DNA of 64,000 nucleotides from Coriobacteriia bacterium (GTDB lineage: Bacteria; Actinomycetota; Coriobacteriia; Anaerosomatales; PHET01): positions 23,713-87,712 of the forward strand of contig DASRYH010000008.1 in assembly GCA_035687245.1 (NCBI GenBank). Reading direction: 5' to 3'. Under the pieces are notes generated by a model, which did not search any database, was not told where the DNA came from, and saw only the letters and a program-made list of their open reading frames with translations. Shown here piece by piece: positions 17,989 to 30,907 of the stretch (position 1 is its first letter; every line of letters begins with the position of its first letter). Both the position numbers and the translations under genes were made by a program.

Positions 17989-20365
17989 CTCGGTTCGCGA
18001 GACAGCAGTGTTCGAACTGCCGAAGGAGCGCTCCACGTCGCTCAGGTGTACCGCATGCGCTGATCGTGCATGTGAGTCGGTGGGGCGCGTTCCGGGTGTG
18101 GTACGCGTGGAGTGCGACAGTGCGCACTCGCAGGTGCGTGTCGAGTTCAACACCCTGAAGACCACCGCAGCCGACATCGAACGGCAGCTGTCCCACTCTG
18201 AACTCGAGTTCGAGCAGGCCATCGCGCACAAGGCGTGGCGTGTGAGCGGACTTGATTGACCGGACTGTGCGCGCACCGTGGGTGCGTCAGTCTCCCGAAT
18301 CGCAGGAGTGGTAGCTGCCGACCTCAACTTCGCCAGCGCGACCCTGCTCATCGAATACGACTCATCAGCTGACCCGACGGCCGAGGTAGAGCGTGTCGTT
18401 GCCGCCTCGGGCCATGGCATCCAATCGCTCGAGCAGGCAGCTGCCGGCGAAGCTCCGCCTGAACGCAGCTGGCTGGACAGCAACCTCGCAGAAGTTGCGA
18501 CCGCCGGCTCCGGCGCCTTCATCGCGCTGGCGTGGATCGCCGGCCTTCTGGGCGCCGCCGGGCTTGTGACCAACGCGCTCATGGCCGTCGCGATCGTCTT
18601 CGGCGGCCTGCTCGTGTGGAGGCGTGCGCTGGTCTCGCTTCGCGCACGCATGCTCGACATGAACGTGCTCATGACTATCGCCGTATTCGGCGCCGTCGCG
18701 CTTGGCGACTGGGGCGAGGCCGCCGCCGTCTACTTCCTCTACGCCTTCGGCGGCCTGCTCGAATCTCGTACGCTTGAGCGCACCCGGCGCTCGATTCGCG
18801 ATCTCATGGATCTCACGCCGCCTGCCGCGCGCGTGCGTCGGGGCGGCGATCTGGTGGAGATCCCCGCTGCCGAAGTGGTGCCGGGTGACACGATCGTCGT
18901 GCGGCCCGGCGAGCGCATCGCTCTCGACGGAGTGGTTCACTTGGGATCGTCGGCGATCGATGAGTCGCCCATCACCGGCGAGTCGGTCCCGGTCGACCGC
19001 ACCCTCGGAGACCGTGTCTATGCAGGCACGCTCAACACCACGGGCCTGCTCGAGGTGACCGTCACCACCACATCCACCGATTCGACGCTCGCGCGCATCG
19101 TCTACATGGTCGAAGAGGCGCAAGCTGCCAAGGCCCCGAGCCAGACCCTCGTGGACCGCTTCAGCCGCTACTACACCCCCATCGTGATCTGGGGTGCAGT
19201 GGCCGTCGCGGTGGTGCCGCCGGTTCTGGGCTTCGCCCTCGGCGCCGACTGGGGCTCGTGGACCGAGTGGATCAAGCGCGCGCTGGTCATGCTGGTAGTG
19301 AGCTGTCCGTGCGCACTTGTCATCTCGACCCCTGTATCGATTGTGAGTGGCATCGCCCGCGCAACGCGCGACGGAGTACTCGTCAAAGGTGGTGCCTTCA
19401 TCGAAGCCGCAGCTCGAGTGCGCGCGATGGCCTTCGACAAGACCGGAACCCTCACCTCGGGCCGTCCTGCCGTGACCAGCGTCGTCGCTTTCGGCGAGGC
19501 GAGCTCGGCCGAGGTGCTGCGGCAAGCGGCTGCGCTTGAGGCGCACTCGAACCACCCGCTCGCGCGCGCCGTCGTACGTGCTGCCGAGGGCTCTGGCGAT
19601 GCACTCGCGGCTGCCAGCGACATCAGCGAGACTCCGGGCGTCGGTGTGAGTGGGACCGTCGACGGGAGGCGCGTAGAGGTGAGCAGCCCCTCGGCGGCGG
19701 AGTCCCTGGGCGCACTCAACGCGCACGCCGAGGCGGCCGTTCGGAAGGCCGAAGACGTCGGGCAGAGCGCGCTGGTCGTGAGCGCTGATGGCCGGGCAAT
19801 AGGCGTGATCGCCGTCGCCGACCAGCTGCGTCCCGAGACGCCAAAGACGCTGCAGCGTCTGCGCGCGCTCGGTATAGAGCACCTTGTCATGCTGACCGGA
19901 GACAACCACCGCGTGGGCGAGGCGGTTGCTGCCCAGGCAGGCATCACGAGCGTGAAGGCGCGGCTGATGCCCAAGGCCAAGACCGACGCCGTGGGTGAGC
20001 TGCGCGAGCGCTACGGCACCGTGGCGATGGTTGGCGATGGCGTGAACGATGCGCCGGCCCTCGCCGCTGCCGACGTGGGTATCGCGATGGGCGCGGCGGG
20101 CTCCGACACCGCGCTCGAGACCGCCGACGTCGCGCTCATGCGCGACGACCTTTCGGCGCTTCCGGGCTTTCTCGCACTCGCGCGGCGCACCGTCAACACC
20201 GTGAAGGCCAACGTCGCTTTCTCGATCGCGGTGAAGGTCGTCTTCCTTGTGCTCGCGCTCACCGGCAAGGCGACGCTCTGGATGGCGGTATTCGCCGACA
20301 CCGGCGTCGCGCTGATCGTGATACTCAACGGGATGAGGCTGCTGGCCGCGCCCCGTGCGCGCTGA
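17981..20365 (+). CDS. Heavy-metal (Cd/Zn/Pb-type, P1B-2) translocating P-type ATPase interrupted by a single in-frame TGA at 18257-18259 (candidate Sec codon or nonsense mutation)
   Basis: Two HMA-like domains (RCTACADRACESV; SGLD-TGA-PDCARTV). [27 protein letters not shown]-terminal FADTGVALIVILNGMRLL. Track ORFs 17951..18259 and 18278..20365 share one frame. Confidence 0.65.
18263..18292 (+). promoter_or_regulatory. Hairpin immediately 3' of the in-frame UGA (candidate bacterial SECIS)
   Basis: GACUG/CAGUC lower stem, bulged U18268, GCGCGC/GUGCGU upper stem, loop ACCGUGG. Confidence 0.35.
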
Positions 20366-20385
20366 TGCCGGTCGGCTGTCCGCTG

Positions 20386-21210
20386 CTAGTTGCGGCCCTC
20401 GTGCTGTTCATCGGCGAGCGCGGCGTTGAGTGAGCCGGTGCGGTAGCCCTCCAAGTCAAGCGACGCCCACACGAAGCCGGCACCCTTGAGCGCCTCAGTG
20501 ATCGAACCGCGCTTGTCCCACGCCGCGTCGAGTTCGGAGCCGTCGACTTCGAGGCGCGCCACGTCGCCGTGCGCGCGGACTCTGAACTGCCGAAGGCCCA
20601 GGTCGCGCAGGGCGACTTCGGCGTTCGAGATCCTGGCAAGGGCGCCGGGAGTGATCTGTTCGCCGTACGGCAGTCGGGAAGCCAGGCATGCCATCGACGG
20701 CTTGTCCCAGTTCGGCAGGCCCAGTTCGCGTGCAAGGTCACGGATATCTTGCTTGGTCATGCCGACTTCCTGCAGCGGGCTCACGACGCCGCACTCAGCA
20801 GCGGCGCGGGCACCGGGGCGATGGTCGGAGCGGTCGTCGGCGTTACTGCCGTCGGCTACGTTGGCGAGCCCCTTCGATTCGGCGACTCCTTTGAGCAGCG
20901 AGAACAGCTCGGACTTGCAGTGGTAGCAGCGGTCGGTGGGGTTGGAGGTGAAGCTCGGGTTCGAGAGCTCCTCGGTGTCGATCTCGAGCAGGTCAAGGCC
21001 AAGCTGCGCTGCGAGGTCACGGGCGGCGTCGGTCTCTCCGGCGGGGTAGACCTCGGAGCTGGCCATGACGGCCTTGCAGCGGTCGCCCAGTACCGCGTGG
21101 GCGCAGAAGGCGAGCAAGGTCGAGTCCACGCCGCCCGAATAGGCGACGAGCAGGCTATCTAGTTCGCCCAGCCGGGCGATGAGGGCTTCGTACTTCTCTG
21201 AAGTGGTCAC
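20386..21210 (-). CDS. larE: PP-loop ATP pyrophosphatase, LarE-like sulfur transferase family
   Basis: VAYSGGVDSTLL PP-loop, DRCYHCK, and MACLASRLPYG (Cys in the LarE-type position). GTG start at 21210 with an AAAGGA SD; the longer track ORF adds an implausible N-terminus. Confidence 0.7.
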   Translation of the reverse strand: MTTSEKYEALIARLGELDSLLVAYSGGVDSTLLAFCAHAVLGDRCKAVMASSEVYPAGETDAARDLAAQLGLDLLEIDTEELSNPSFTSNPTDRCYHCKSELFSLLKGVAESKGLANVADGSNADDRSDHRPGARAAAECGVVSPLQEVGMTKQDIRDLARELGLPNWDKPSMACLASRLPYGEQITPGALARISNAEVALRDLGLRQFRVRAHGDVARLEVDGSELDAAWDKRGSITEALKGAGFVWASLDLEGYRTGSLNAALADEQHEGRN

Positions 21211-21307
21211 GCAGGTCCTTTCATCGGAGACCGCAGTATACGGCGGTACGGCTGGCTGGGCATACAAGAAGAGTCGCTGAGCGCAGGCCGTCACCGGGAG
21301 CTCACGG

Positions 21308-23269
21308 GTGGACCACGAATCGCACGAATCGCACGACATGCAGCACGCCGGGCACGGGACCGACTTCGCGAGGCGCTTCTGGATCTGTCTCGCGCTCACG
21401 GGGCCCGTGATCGCGATCTCGCCGATGCCGCTCGAGCTGCTGGGGTTGCCTCACATCGCTTTCGCCGGCGATCGGTGGGTTCTGCTGGCGCTTGCCACAG
21501 TGATCTTCGGATACGGTGGGGTGCCCTTCTTCGGCGGATTCGTGGCGGAGATGCGGCAACGACGGCCCGGTATGATGACGCTCGTGACCGTGGGAATCAC
21601 GACCGCCTACCTCTACAGTGCGGCAGTCGCGTGGGGACTGGCGGGCGAGCCCGTCTACTGGGAGCTCGCCACGCTCGTGGACATCATGCTTCTGGGCCAC
21701 TGGATCGAGATGCGCTCCACGATGGCCGCATCGGGCGCGCTTGAGTCGCTTGCACGGCTCGTGCCCGCCGAGGCGCACCTGCTCGCTGCCGACGGGGCCA
21801 TCACCGACGTCGCGTCGTCATCACTGCAGGTGGGACAGATCGTGCTCGTACGCGCCAGCGAGCGAATCCCAGCCGACGGTGTCGTCGCCCGCGGCACATC
21901 GACTGTCGATGAGTCGCTGCTCACCGGCGAGTCGACGCCTGTTGCCAAGGCCGCCGGCGATGCCGCCGTCGCCGGTTCGATGAACGGCAGCGGCGCGCTT
22001 GAGGTCGAGGTGCGCAGGGTGGGCGAGGACGCCTTTCTCGCCCAGGTCTCCCGCATCGTCGCTGAAGCGCAGGCGTCGAAGTCGCGGACTCAGCGGCTCG
22101 CCGACACCGCGGCCTTCGTGCTCACGCTCGTGGCGCTGGGATCGGGCATCCTGACCTTCGCGGCGTGGGCGCTACTCTCCGACAGACCGTTGGCGTTCGT
22201 CTTGGAGCGAACGGTATCGGTGATCGTGATCGCCTGCCCACACGCGCTCGGGCTCGCGATACCGCTTGTCGTCGCTGTCACGACCGCGCTTGGCGCGCGA
22301 TCGGGGCTGCTCGTGCGGGACCGCGCCGCTTTCGAGGCTGCCAGGCACGTCGGGGCCGTGATCTTCGACAAGACAGGGACGCTCACGGAAGGTCACTTCG
22401 GCATCGTTGAGACGGTGGCGATCGCGCCCGTGACGGAGGACGAAGTCGTCTCGCTTGCGGCAGCTGTCGAGCGCGGATCGGAGCACCCCATCGCTGGTGC
22501 GATCACCGCGGCGGCCACTGATGCGCTTGCCGCCGAGGAGTTCGAGGCGGTGCCCGGCCGCGGTGTACGCGGGCGCGTGGATGGACGTCAAGTTGAGGTT
22601 CAGAGCGCAGCTTCAGCCCACGAACGATTCGGCAGCTTGCCGGAGGCGGTACGGCGTCTTGCCAAGGGCGGACAGACTGTCGCGGTAGTGAGTGTGGACG
22701 GTGCAGTCGCAGGGGCGATTGCGGTGGGTGACAGGGTACGACCTGAGTCGGCAGATGCGGTGAGGCGGCTCAAGGCGCTCGGCGTGCGCAGCGTGATGCT
22801 CACGGGCGACAGCCGTGACGTAGCGGAGCGCGTTGCACGCGAGCTGGGCATCGACGAGGTTCACGCCGAGGTGCTCCCGGAGCGCAAAGCCGAAGTCGTT
22901 CGGCAGCTGCAGGCCGAGGGCTACGTCGTTGCGATGACCGGCGACGGAGTGAACGACGCGCCCGCGCTCGCGAGCGCTGATGTGGGCATCGCAATCGGCG
23001 CGGGGACCGACGTCGCGGTCGAGACCGCCGACGTGGTGCTGGTGCGAAGCGACCCGCGCGACGTGGTGGCCGTGATCGACCTATCGCGCCGAAGCTACCG
23101 AAAGATGCTCCAGAACCTCGCGTGGGCAGCCGGCTACAACGTTGTGGCACTGCCGCTCGCGGCAGGTGTGCTCGCTGGACAGGGAGTCCTGCTATCGCCA
23201 GCAGTGGGGGCCGCGCTGATGGCAGCCAGCACGGTGGTGGTGGCTATCAACGCACGGACACTCAGGTAG
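21308..23269 (+). CDS. copB: CopB-type (P1B-3, CPH motif) copper P-type ATPase with His-rich N-terminus
   Basis: [46 protein letters not shown]...MAAST. Confidence 0.85.
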   Translation: MDHESHESHDMQHAGHGTDFARRFWICLALTGPVIAISPMPLELLGLPHIAFAGDRWVLLALATVIFGYGGVPFFGGFVAEMRQRRPGMMTLVTVGITTAYLYSAAVAWGLAGEPVYWELATLVDIMLLGHWIEMRSTMAASGALESLARLVPAEAHLLAADGAITDVASSSLQVGQIVLVRASERIPADGVVARGTSTVDESLLTGESTPVAKAAGDAAVAGSMNGSGALEVEVRRVGEDAFLAQVSRIVAEAQASKSRTQRLADTAAFVLTLVALGSGILTFAAWALLSDRPLAFVLERTVSVIVIACPHALGLAIPLVVAVTTALGARSGLLVRDRAAFEAARHVGAVIFDKTGTLTEGHFGIVETVAIAPVTEDEVVSLAAAVERGSEHPIAGAITAAATDALAAEEFEAVPGRGVRGRVDGRQVEVQSAASAHERFGSLPEAVRRLAKGGQTVAVVSVDGAVAGAIAVGDRVRPESADAVRRLKALGVRSVMLTGDSRDVAERVARELGIDEVHAEVLPERKAEVVRQLQAEGYVVAMTGDGVNDAPALASADVGIAIGAGTDVAVETADVVLVRSDPRDVVAVIDLSRRSYRKMLQNLAWAAGYNVVALPLAAGVLAGQGVLLSPAVGAALMAASTVVVAINARTLR

Positions 23270-23276
23270 CGCTGTA

Positions 23277-23837
23277 CTAGAGCGCCGGCGGTTCAGCCTT
23301 CGGGTCCCAGGCCTCTTCGGCGACTTCCGCGACTGCATTGGCGTAGCGCGCCGCGGCAAAGAGCGCGTCGGCGAGACGGTTCACGAACGCGAGCACGTGC
23401 GCGTCGACGTGCTCCGAGTCCGCGAGGTTCACGACACGCCGCTCGGCCCGGCGCACGGTTGCGCGGGCGATGTGCAGGCGCGAGGCGAGTTCGGAGCCGG
23501 ACTCCACGACGAAGTGAGCAAGCGGGCCCGACGTCTTCTCGAACCGGTCTATCGCGCGCTCAAGGAAGGCGACATCTTCGGCGGAGACGGCGACGGCGCC
23601 AGCTGATTCGGCGTTGGGCGTGGCCAGGCGGCTCGCGCAGTTGAAGAGGCGCTGCTGCGCGAAGCCGAGGACGCTGTCGAGAAGCTCGTCGGCGCCGGCT
23701 GCGCGCGCGAAGCCGATGGCGCTATTGGCCTCGTCCACCGTGCCGTACGCCTCGACTCGCAGCGAGGACTTGCTCACGCGAGATCCGTCGGCAAGCGATG
23801 TCTGACCGTCATCACCGCTGCGGGTGTAGATGGACAT
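23277..23837 (-). CDS. PduO-type ATP:cob(I)alamin adenosyltransferase
   Basis: MSIYTRSGDDGQTSL...RVEAYGTVDEANS N-terminal signature; about 186 aa. Confidence 0.8.
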   Translation of the reverse strand: MSIYTRSGDDGQTSLADGSRVSKSSLRVEAYGTVDEANSAIGFARAAGADELLDSVLGFAQQRLFNCASRLATPNAESAGAVAVSAEDVAFLERAIDRFEKTSGPLAHFVVESGSELASRLHIARATVRRAERRVVNLADSEHVDAHVLAFVNRLADALFAAARYANAVAEVAEEAWDPKAEPPAL

Positions 23838-23889
23838 GCGATGAACCCCTTCGTCGTCTGGTGGCTACAGTATCGCGCAACAAAGGCGG

Positions 23890-26148
23890 CTAGAGGGCCG
23901 AACGCACCCTCATCGCAACGTGACCAAGGACGCCCTTGTCGCTTGCGGGGCTGCCGTCTTCGGCAACGAGGTGGAAGACGTCGCGAGCCATGCCGTCGAT
24001 CGTGGCGGCCTTCGCCCACGAGATCGACAGGTCGCTATCGGCCACCGCGCGGGCGATGTCGTGCAGCACGCCCGGCCGGTCGGGCGCAGTCACGCGTAGC
24101 TCTGTCGCCCATCCGCTCTGGTGGATCTCGACACGGCTCTTCCCGCGGGCGCGGGGCGGGTAGTGCTTGCGGCGTTCGGCAAGGCGCGTCTGCAGCTCGA
24201 GCCGGTCCTTCAACGCTGCGCGCACGAGCCGCTCGAGCAGCGCGAACGTCTCGGTCGTGACTGAGCGACGAGTGGCCGACTCCACTACGAAACAGTCGAG
24301 TACGGCTGCCGAAGTGGCCTCGAACGCATCCACAGAAAGGATCTGAAGCCCCGCCAGCGAGACCGCGCCCGCAAGTCGGGCGAATACCGCCGGTTTGTCC
24401 GCTGCCACGATGGTGATCGTGTGCGTCTCAGGCACGGGCCCGGCCGAGATCGCAAGGTGCGCGATCGCCGCGGGGTCTCGTGACAGCTCCGCTACCAGGC
24501 TCGCGTCGCGGACGATCTCGGACGGCTCACGGGTCGCGAGATATCGAAGCGAGGCGCCGCGAACGAAAGCGCGTTCAGCGTCACCGGCGCGGTCCATCGC
24601 TGAAAGCGTGGCAGCCCGCACCTCTTCGGCGCGCCTGACGAGGCCTGCACCATCTTCGTCGGGGGAGAGTGCGGCGTCGAGGCGAGCCACGAGTGTTCCG
24701 ACGAGTGCCGCCGTCCACGGTGTCCACGTCGAGGGGCCGGTGGCGCGCGCATCAGCGGCTGTGAGGAGATGAAGCGCCGGGAGGAGCTCGAGGCGGCCCA
24801 CCCGGGCCGCGCAGCGAAGTATCGTGTCCTCGTCGTCAAGGTCGTCGCGCAGGGCCGCTTCGGCGAGCGCGAGATGTAGCCGTACGAGGTCCGCCACATC
24901 CGCTGCCTGCAACTCACTCATGCCGAATCGCAGCGCGGCTTCGCGTGCGGGCTCCGCTCCGCGCTCGGCATGCCCGGCGCCGCCCTCTAGCTTGCCAGTG
25001 TCGTGCACGAGCGCGGCAAGATGGGCAGTGTGAAGCTGGTCTCGCGACAGGGATTCGAGCGAGCGAACGAGAGCGCCGTCGGTATCGGGAGCTTCGGCGA
25101 GCAGGCACGCAGCCTTGAGCTGGTGCGCGCCCACCGTGAGCTCGTGGCCGAGTCCGGGCCTTCGGCAGGACATGAGTGCGCGATAGCCAGGGAGCAGTGC
25201 CTCCAGTGAGCCCGCCTGCGCGGCATCCTCGAGATCTGGCAGTGCCGCTGTGCCGCGATCAAGGAGCGCGAACAGCTCATCGGACCGCAGCGATGCGCTG
25301 GTGACTGTCGCTGGCTTGCGCGACTGGCTCGCCGCCCGCACGCCGTCCAGCGTGAGCGCGGTGATTCCCATGGCCCGCTGCGCTGCCTCCGCGCGCTCCT
25401 CAAGCAGCGAGCCCGCATCGATTGCAAGGCGGTTGCCGAAGCCAGCACGCTGAAGCTCCCACCGCGCCTCGGAGATCGCCACCGCAGCCGCGTTCACCTC
25501 CTGCAGCGCTGTCGCATCAAGGAGACCCAGCTCGACGAGCGCCGAGGGGTCGCCGGCACGCCGCCCGGACAGCGCTACCGCTGTCCACGTGAGTTCGTCG
25601 TAGTCGCGTCGTCCGCCCCGGTCTTCCTTGAGGTCGGGCTCGAGTGCGAACGGGGACCCTGGTCGATTCCTGGCAGTGATCTCGACAAGCAGCCTTTTCG
25701 CGCGTTTGCGCGCATCGCGCATCCACGACTCGATGGCTTGCGTCGCCCAGTCCACATCGCCCGCGATAGGGCGTGCGGTGAGCGCTGCGGTGGCCGTCTT
25801 CACATCTTCGCGCATCGCCCTTAGCTGCTGTTTGGGTGAACGCACCTGGTGGCCCACCGCGAGCCCCGCATCCCACAGGGGATAGAGCACGGCCTCAGCG
25901 AACGTCTTGAGCTCCGGCTCGCCGGCCTCAGAGAGCACGAGGATGTCGAGGTCGCTCTTTGGCAGTAGCGCACCCGCGCCCCAGCCGCCCAGCGCCACCA
26001 GCGCCCAGTGCCCGCCAAGCGGCGACGAGGCCGCCCGGGCAAGCACCCGGACGACCTCGTCGGTCATATCACTCAGCCTGCGAGCGGCCTCTATGCCGGC
26101 CGCTGCTCCGGCGATGTGCGCGTCACGCTGTGCGAGCAGCTCCTGCAC
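23890..26148 (-). CDS. glnD: [Protein-PII] uridylyltransferase/uridylyl-removing enzyme
   Basis: Nucleotidyltransferase N-terminus (GGWGAGALLPKSDLDILVL), HD domain (LAALVHDTGK), two C-terminal ACT-like repeats. Immediately downstream of the PII gene. Confidence 0.8.
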   Translation of the reverse strand: MQELLAQRDAHIAGAAAGIEAARRLSDMTDEVVRVLARAASSPLGGHWALVALGGWGAGALLPKSDLDILVLSEAGEPELKTFAEAVLYPLWDAGLAVGHQVRSPKQQLRAMREDVKTATAALTARPIAGDVDWATQAIESWMRDARKRAKRLLVEITARNRPGSPFALEPDLKEDRGGRRDYDELTWTAVALSGRRAGDPSALVELGLLDATALQEVNAAAVAISEARWELQRAGFGNRLAIDAGSLLEERAEAAQRAMGITALTLDGVRAASQSRKPATVTSASLRSDELFALLDRGTAALPDLEDAAQAGSLEALLPGYRALMSCRRPGLGHELTVGAHQLKAACLLAEAPDTDGALVRSLESLSRDQLHTAHLAALVHDTGKLEGGAGHAERGAEPAREAALRFGMSELQAADVADLVRLHLALAEAALRDDLDDEDTILRCAARVGRLELLPALHLLTAADARATGPSTWTPWTAALVGTLVARLDAALSPDEDGAGLVRRAEEVRAATLSAMDRAGDAERAFVRGASLRYLATREPSEIVRDASLVAELSRDPAAIAHLAISAGPVPETHTITIVAADKPAVFARLAGAVSLAGLQILSVDAFEATSAAVLDCFVVESATRRSVTTETFALLERLVRAALKDRLELQTRLAERRKHYPPRARGKSRVEIHQSGWATELRVTAPDRPGVLHDIARAVADSDLSISWAKAATIDGMARDVFHLVAEDGSPASDKGVLGHVAMRVRSAL

Positions 26149-26526
<378 letters not shown>

Positions 26527-26534
26527 TCAGGCCG

Positions 26535-27782
26535 CTAGAGCACGTAGCCCGTCTCTGCGTGGTCGACAAGGTCCAGGCCGCGCTCCTCGTCTTCGGCGCT
26601 TGCACGGATGCCGATCGTGGCATCCAGCACCTTGAGGATGACGAAGCTGATGCCAAAGGAGAAGACGATTGTCACAAGCACACCCACGATCTGCGGCACG
26701 AGCTGGCCCGGATTGCCGAAGAGCAGGCCGTCTCGGCCAGCCGCGTTGACAGCGGTGGAGGCGAAGACACCTGTCAGTATCGCGCCGGTTGTGCCACCAA
26801 CACCGTGTACGCCAACGACGTCGAGCGCGTCATCGAAGCCGAACTTGTTCTTGAGGCTGACGCCGAAGTAGCAGAGCACGCCCACGACAAGGCCGATGAT
26901 CATCGCTGGGCCCGCATCGACGAAGCCCGCTGCTGGCGTGACGCCCACGAGGCCCGCGACGGCACCGGACGCAGCGCCGAGCGTAGTGAACTTGCCGTGC
27001 TGGATGCGCTCCACGATCAGCCAGCCGAGCATGCCGGCTGCGGCAGCGAGGTGCGTGGCCATGAAAGCGGAGGCCGCCACCCCGTCGATCGCGAGCTCAG
27101 AGCCTGCGTTGAAGCCAAACCAGCCGAACCACAGGATGCCCGCGCCCAGAAGCGTCATGGGCAGGTTGTGCGGCTGAAGATCCGACTTGCCGTAGTCCTT
27201 GCGCTTGCCCAGCACGATTGCGCACGCGAGCGCCGCCGCAGCAGAAGCGATGTGGACCACCGTGCCGCCAGCGAAGTCGAGCGCGCCGAGGCTGCCCTCG
27301 AAGTTGCCGAGCCATCCGCCGCCCCAGACCCAGTGGGCGAGGGGTGAGTAGACGAGCAGCAGCCAGGCACCGGCGAAGATCGCGTAGGCCGAGAACTTCA
27401 TGCGCTCGGCCATTGCGCCGGTGATGAGGCCGACCGTGATGATCGCGAACATGCCCTGGTACATCGCGAAGACAGACTCGGGCACCATGTGACCCGGCAG
27501 TCCAACGACGCTGCTTGCCACGCCTGAAAGGCCCAGCTTGCCGAAGCCCCCGATGAACTTCGCGAGCGGCCCCGTCGTAGGGCCAAAAGCGATGGTGTAG
27601 CCGACGAGCGCCCACAGAATCGTCGAGAGCCCCATCGAGAAGAAGCTCTGCATCGTGGTGGACAGGACGTTCTTCTTGCGCACCATGCCGGCGTAGAACA
27701 GTGCCAGCCCCGGCGTCATGAACAGCACGAGCGCAGCGCAGATCACCAAGAAGGTGGTGTCGGCGTAGTTGATCTGTTCCAT
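26535..27782 (-). CDS. amtB: Ammonium transporter
   Basis: Amt blocks FYAGMVRKKN, DFAGGTVVHIASAAAAL, GVHGVGGTTGAILTG. Start taken at MEQINYADTTF. Confidence 0.9.
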   Translation of the reverse strand: MEQINYADTTFLVICAALVLFMTPGLALFYAGMVRKKNVLSTTMQSFFSMGLSTILWALVGYTIAFGPTTGPLAKFIGGFGKLGLSGVASSVVGLPGHMVPESVFAMYQGMFAIITVGLITGAMAERMKFSAYAIFAGAWLLLVYSPLAHWVWGGGWLGNFEGSLGALDFAGGTVVHIASAAAALACAIVLGKRKDYGKSDLQPHNLPMTLLGAGILWFGWFGFNAGSELAIDGVAASAFMATHLAAAAGMLGWLIVERIQHGKFTTLGAASGAVAGLVGVTPAAGFVDAGPAMIIGLVVGVLCYFGVSLKNKFGFDDALDVVGVHGVGGTTGAILTGVFASTAVNAAGRDGLLFGNPGQLVPQIVGVLVTIVFSFGISFVILKVLDATIGIRASAEDEERGLDLVDHAETGYVL

Positions 27783-27864
27783 GGCGTCTCCTTGCATCCC
27801 TTGTATCGCGGCCCCGCCGGCGAGTCACCGATAGGGCCCATCCCTGGCGCCACGTGTCCGTAGC

Positions 27865-27905
27865 GTTACGGCGACGTTACGGGCCTTACGTTTCGGGCTT
27901 GTTTC
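27865..27905 (-). promoter_or_regulatory. Array of four pentamer direct repeats upstream of amtB (candidate GlnR boxes)
   Basis: The minus strand reads GAAAC-aagccc-GAAAC-gtaaggccc-GTAAC-gtcgcc-GTAAC, 83-123 nt upstream of the amtB start. Confidence 0.5.
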
Positions 27906-27998
27906 GGCGCGAAGTCATAGGTGTGAAACCTTCGGCGAGCGAGAAGGGGGCTATACTGGAACGTCCAGCGAAAACCAGGTGTAGAGGAAGGTCCCGGT

Positions 27999-30905
<2,907 letters not shown>

Positions 30906-30907
30906 GC

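Noticed and set aside
18257-18259. Possibility that TGA is globally reassigned (Trp or Gly) in this organism
   Set aside because: Many well-defined genes in the window terminate at TGA at the expected length (arsR, rapZ, yvcK, coaE, oppD). Any decoding of this codon must therefore be context-specific, or it is a lesion.
18365-19909. 514-aa minus-strand ORF (and 19171..19980) inside the Cd/Zn ATPase
   Set aside because: It is antisense to the CPC, DKTGT and GDGVNDAP motifs and has shadow-ORF composition.
20386-21399. Full 337-aa version of the LarE-like ORF
   Set aside because: The extra 62 N-terminal residues (Cys/Ser/Pro-rich) run into the divergent copB promoter region and start codon. 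GTG 21210 with an SD gives a normal-length PP-loop protein starting just before the SGGVDS motif.
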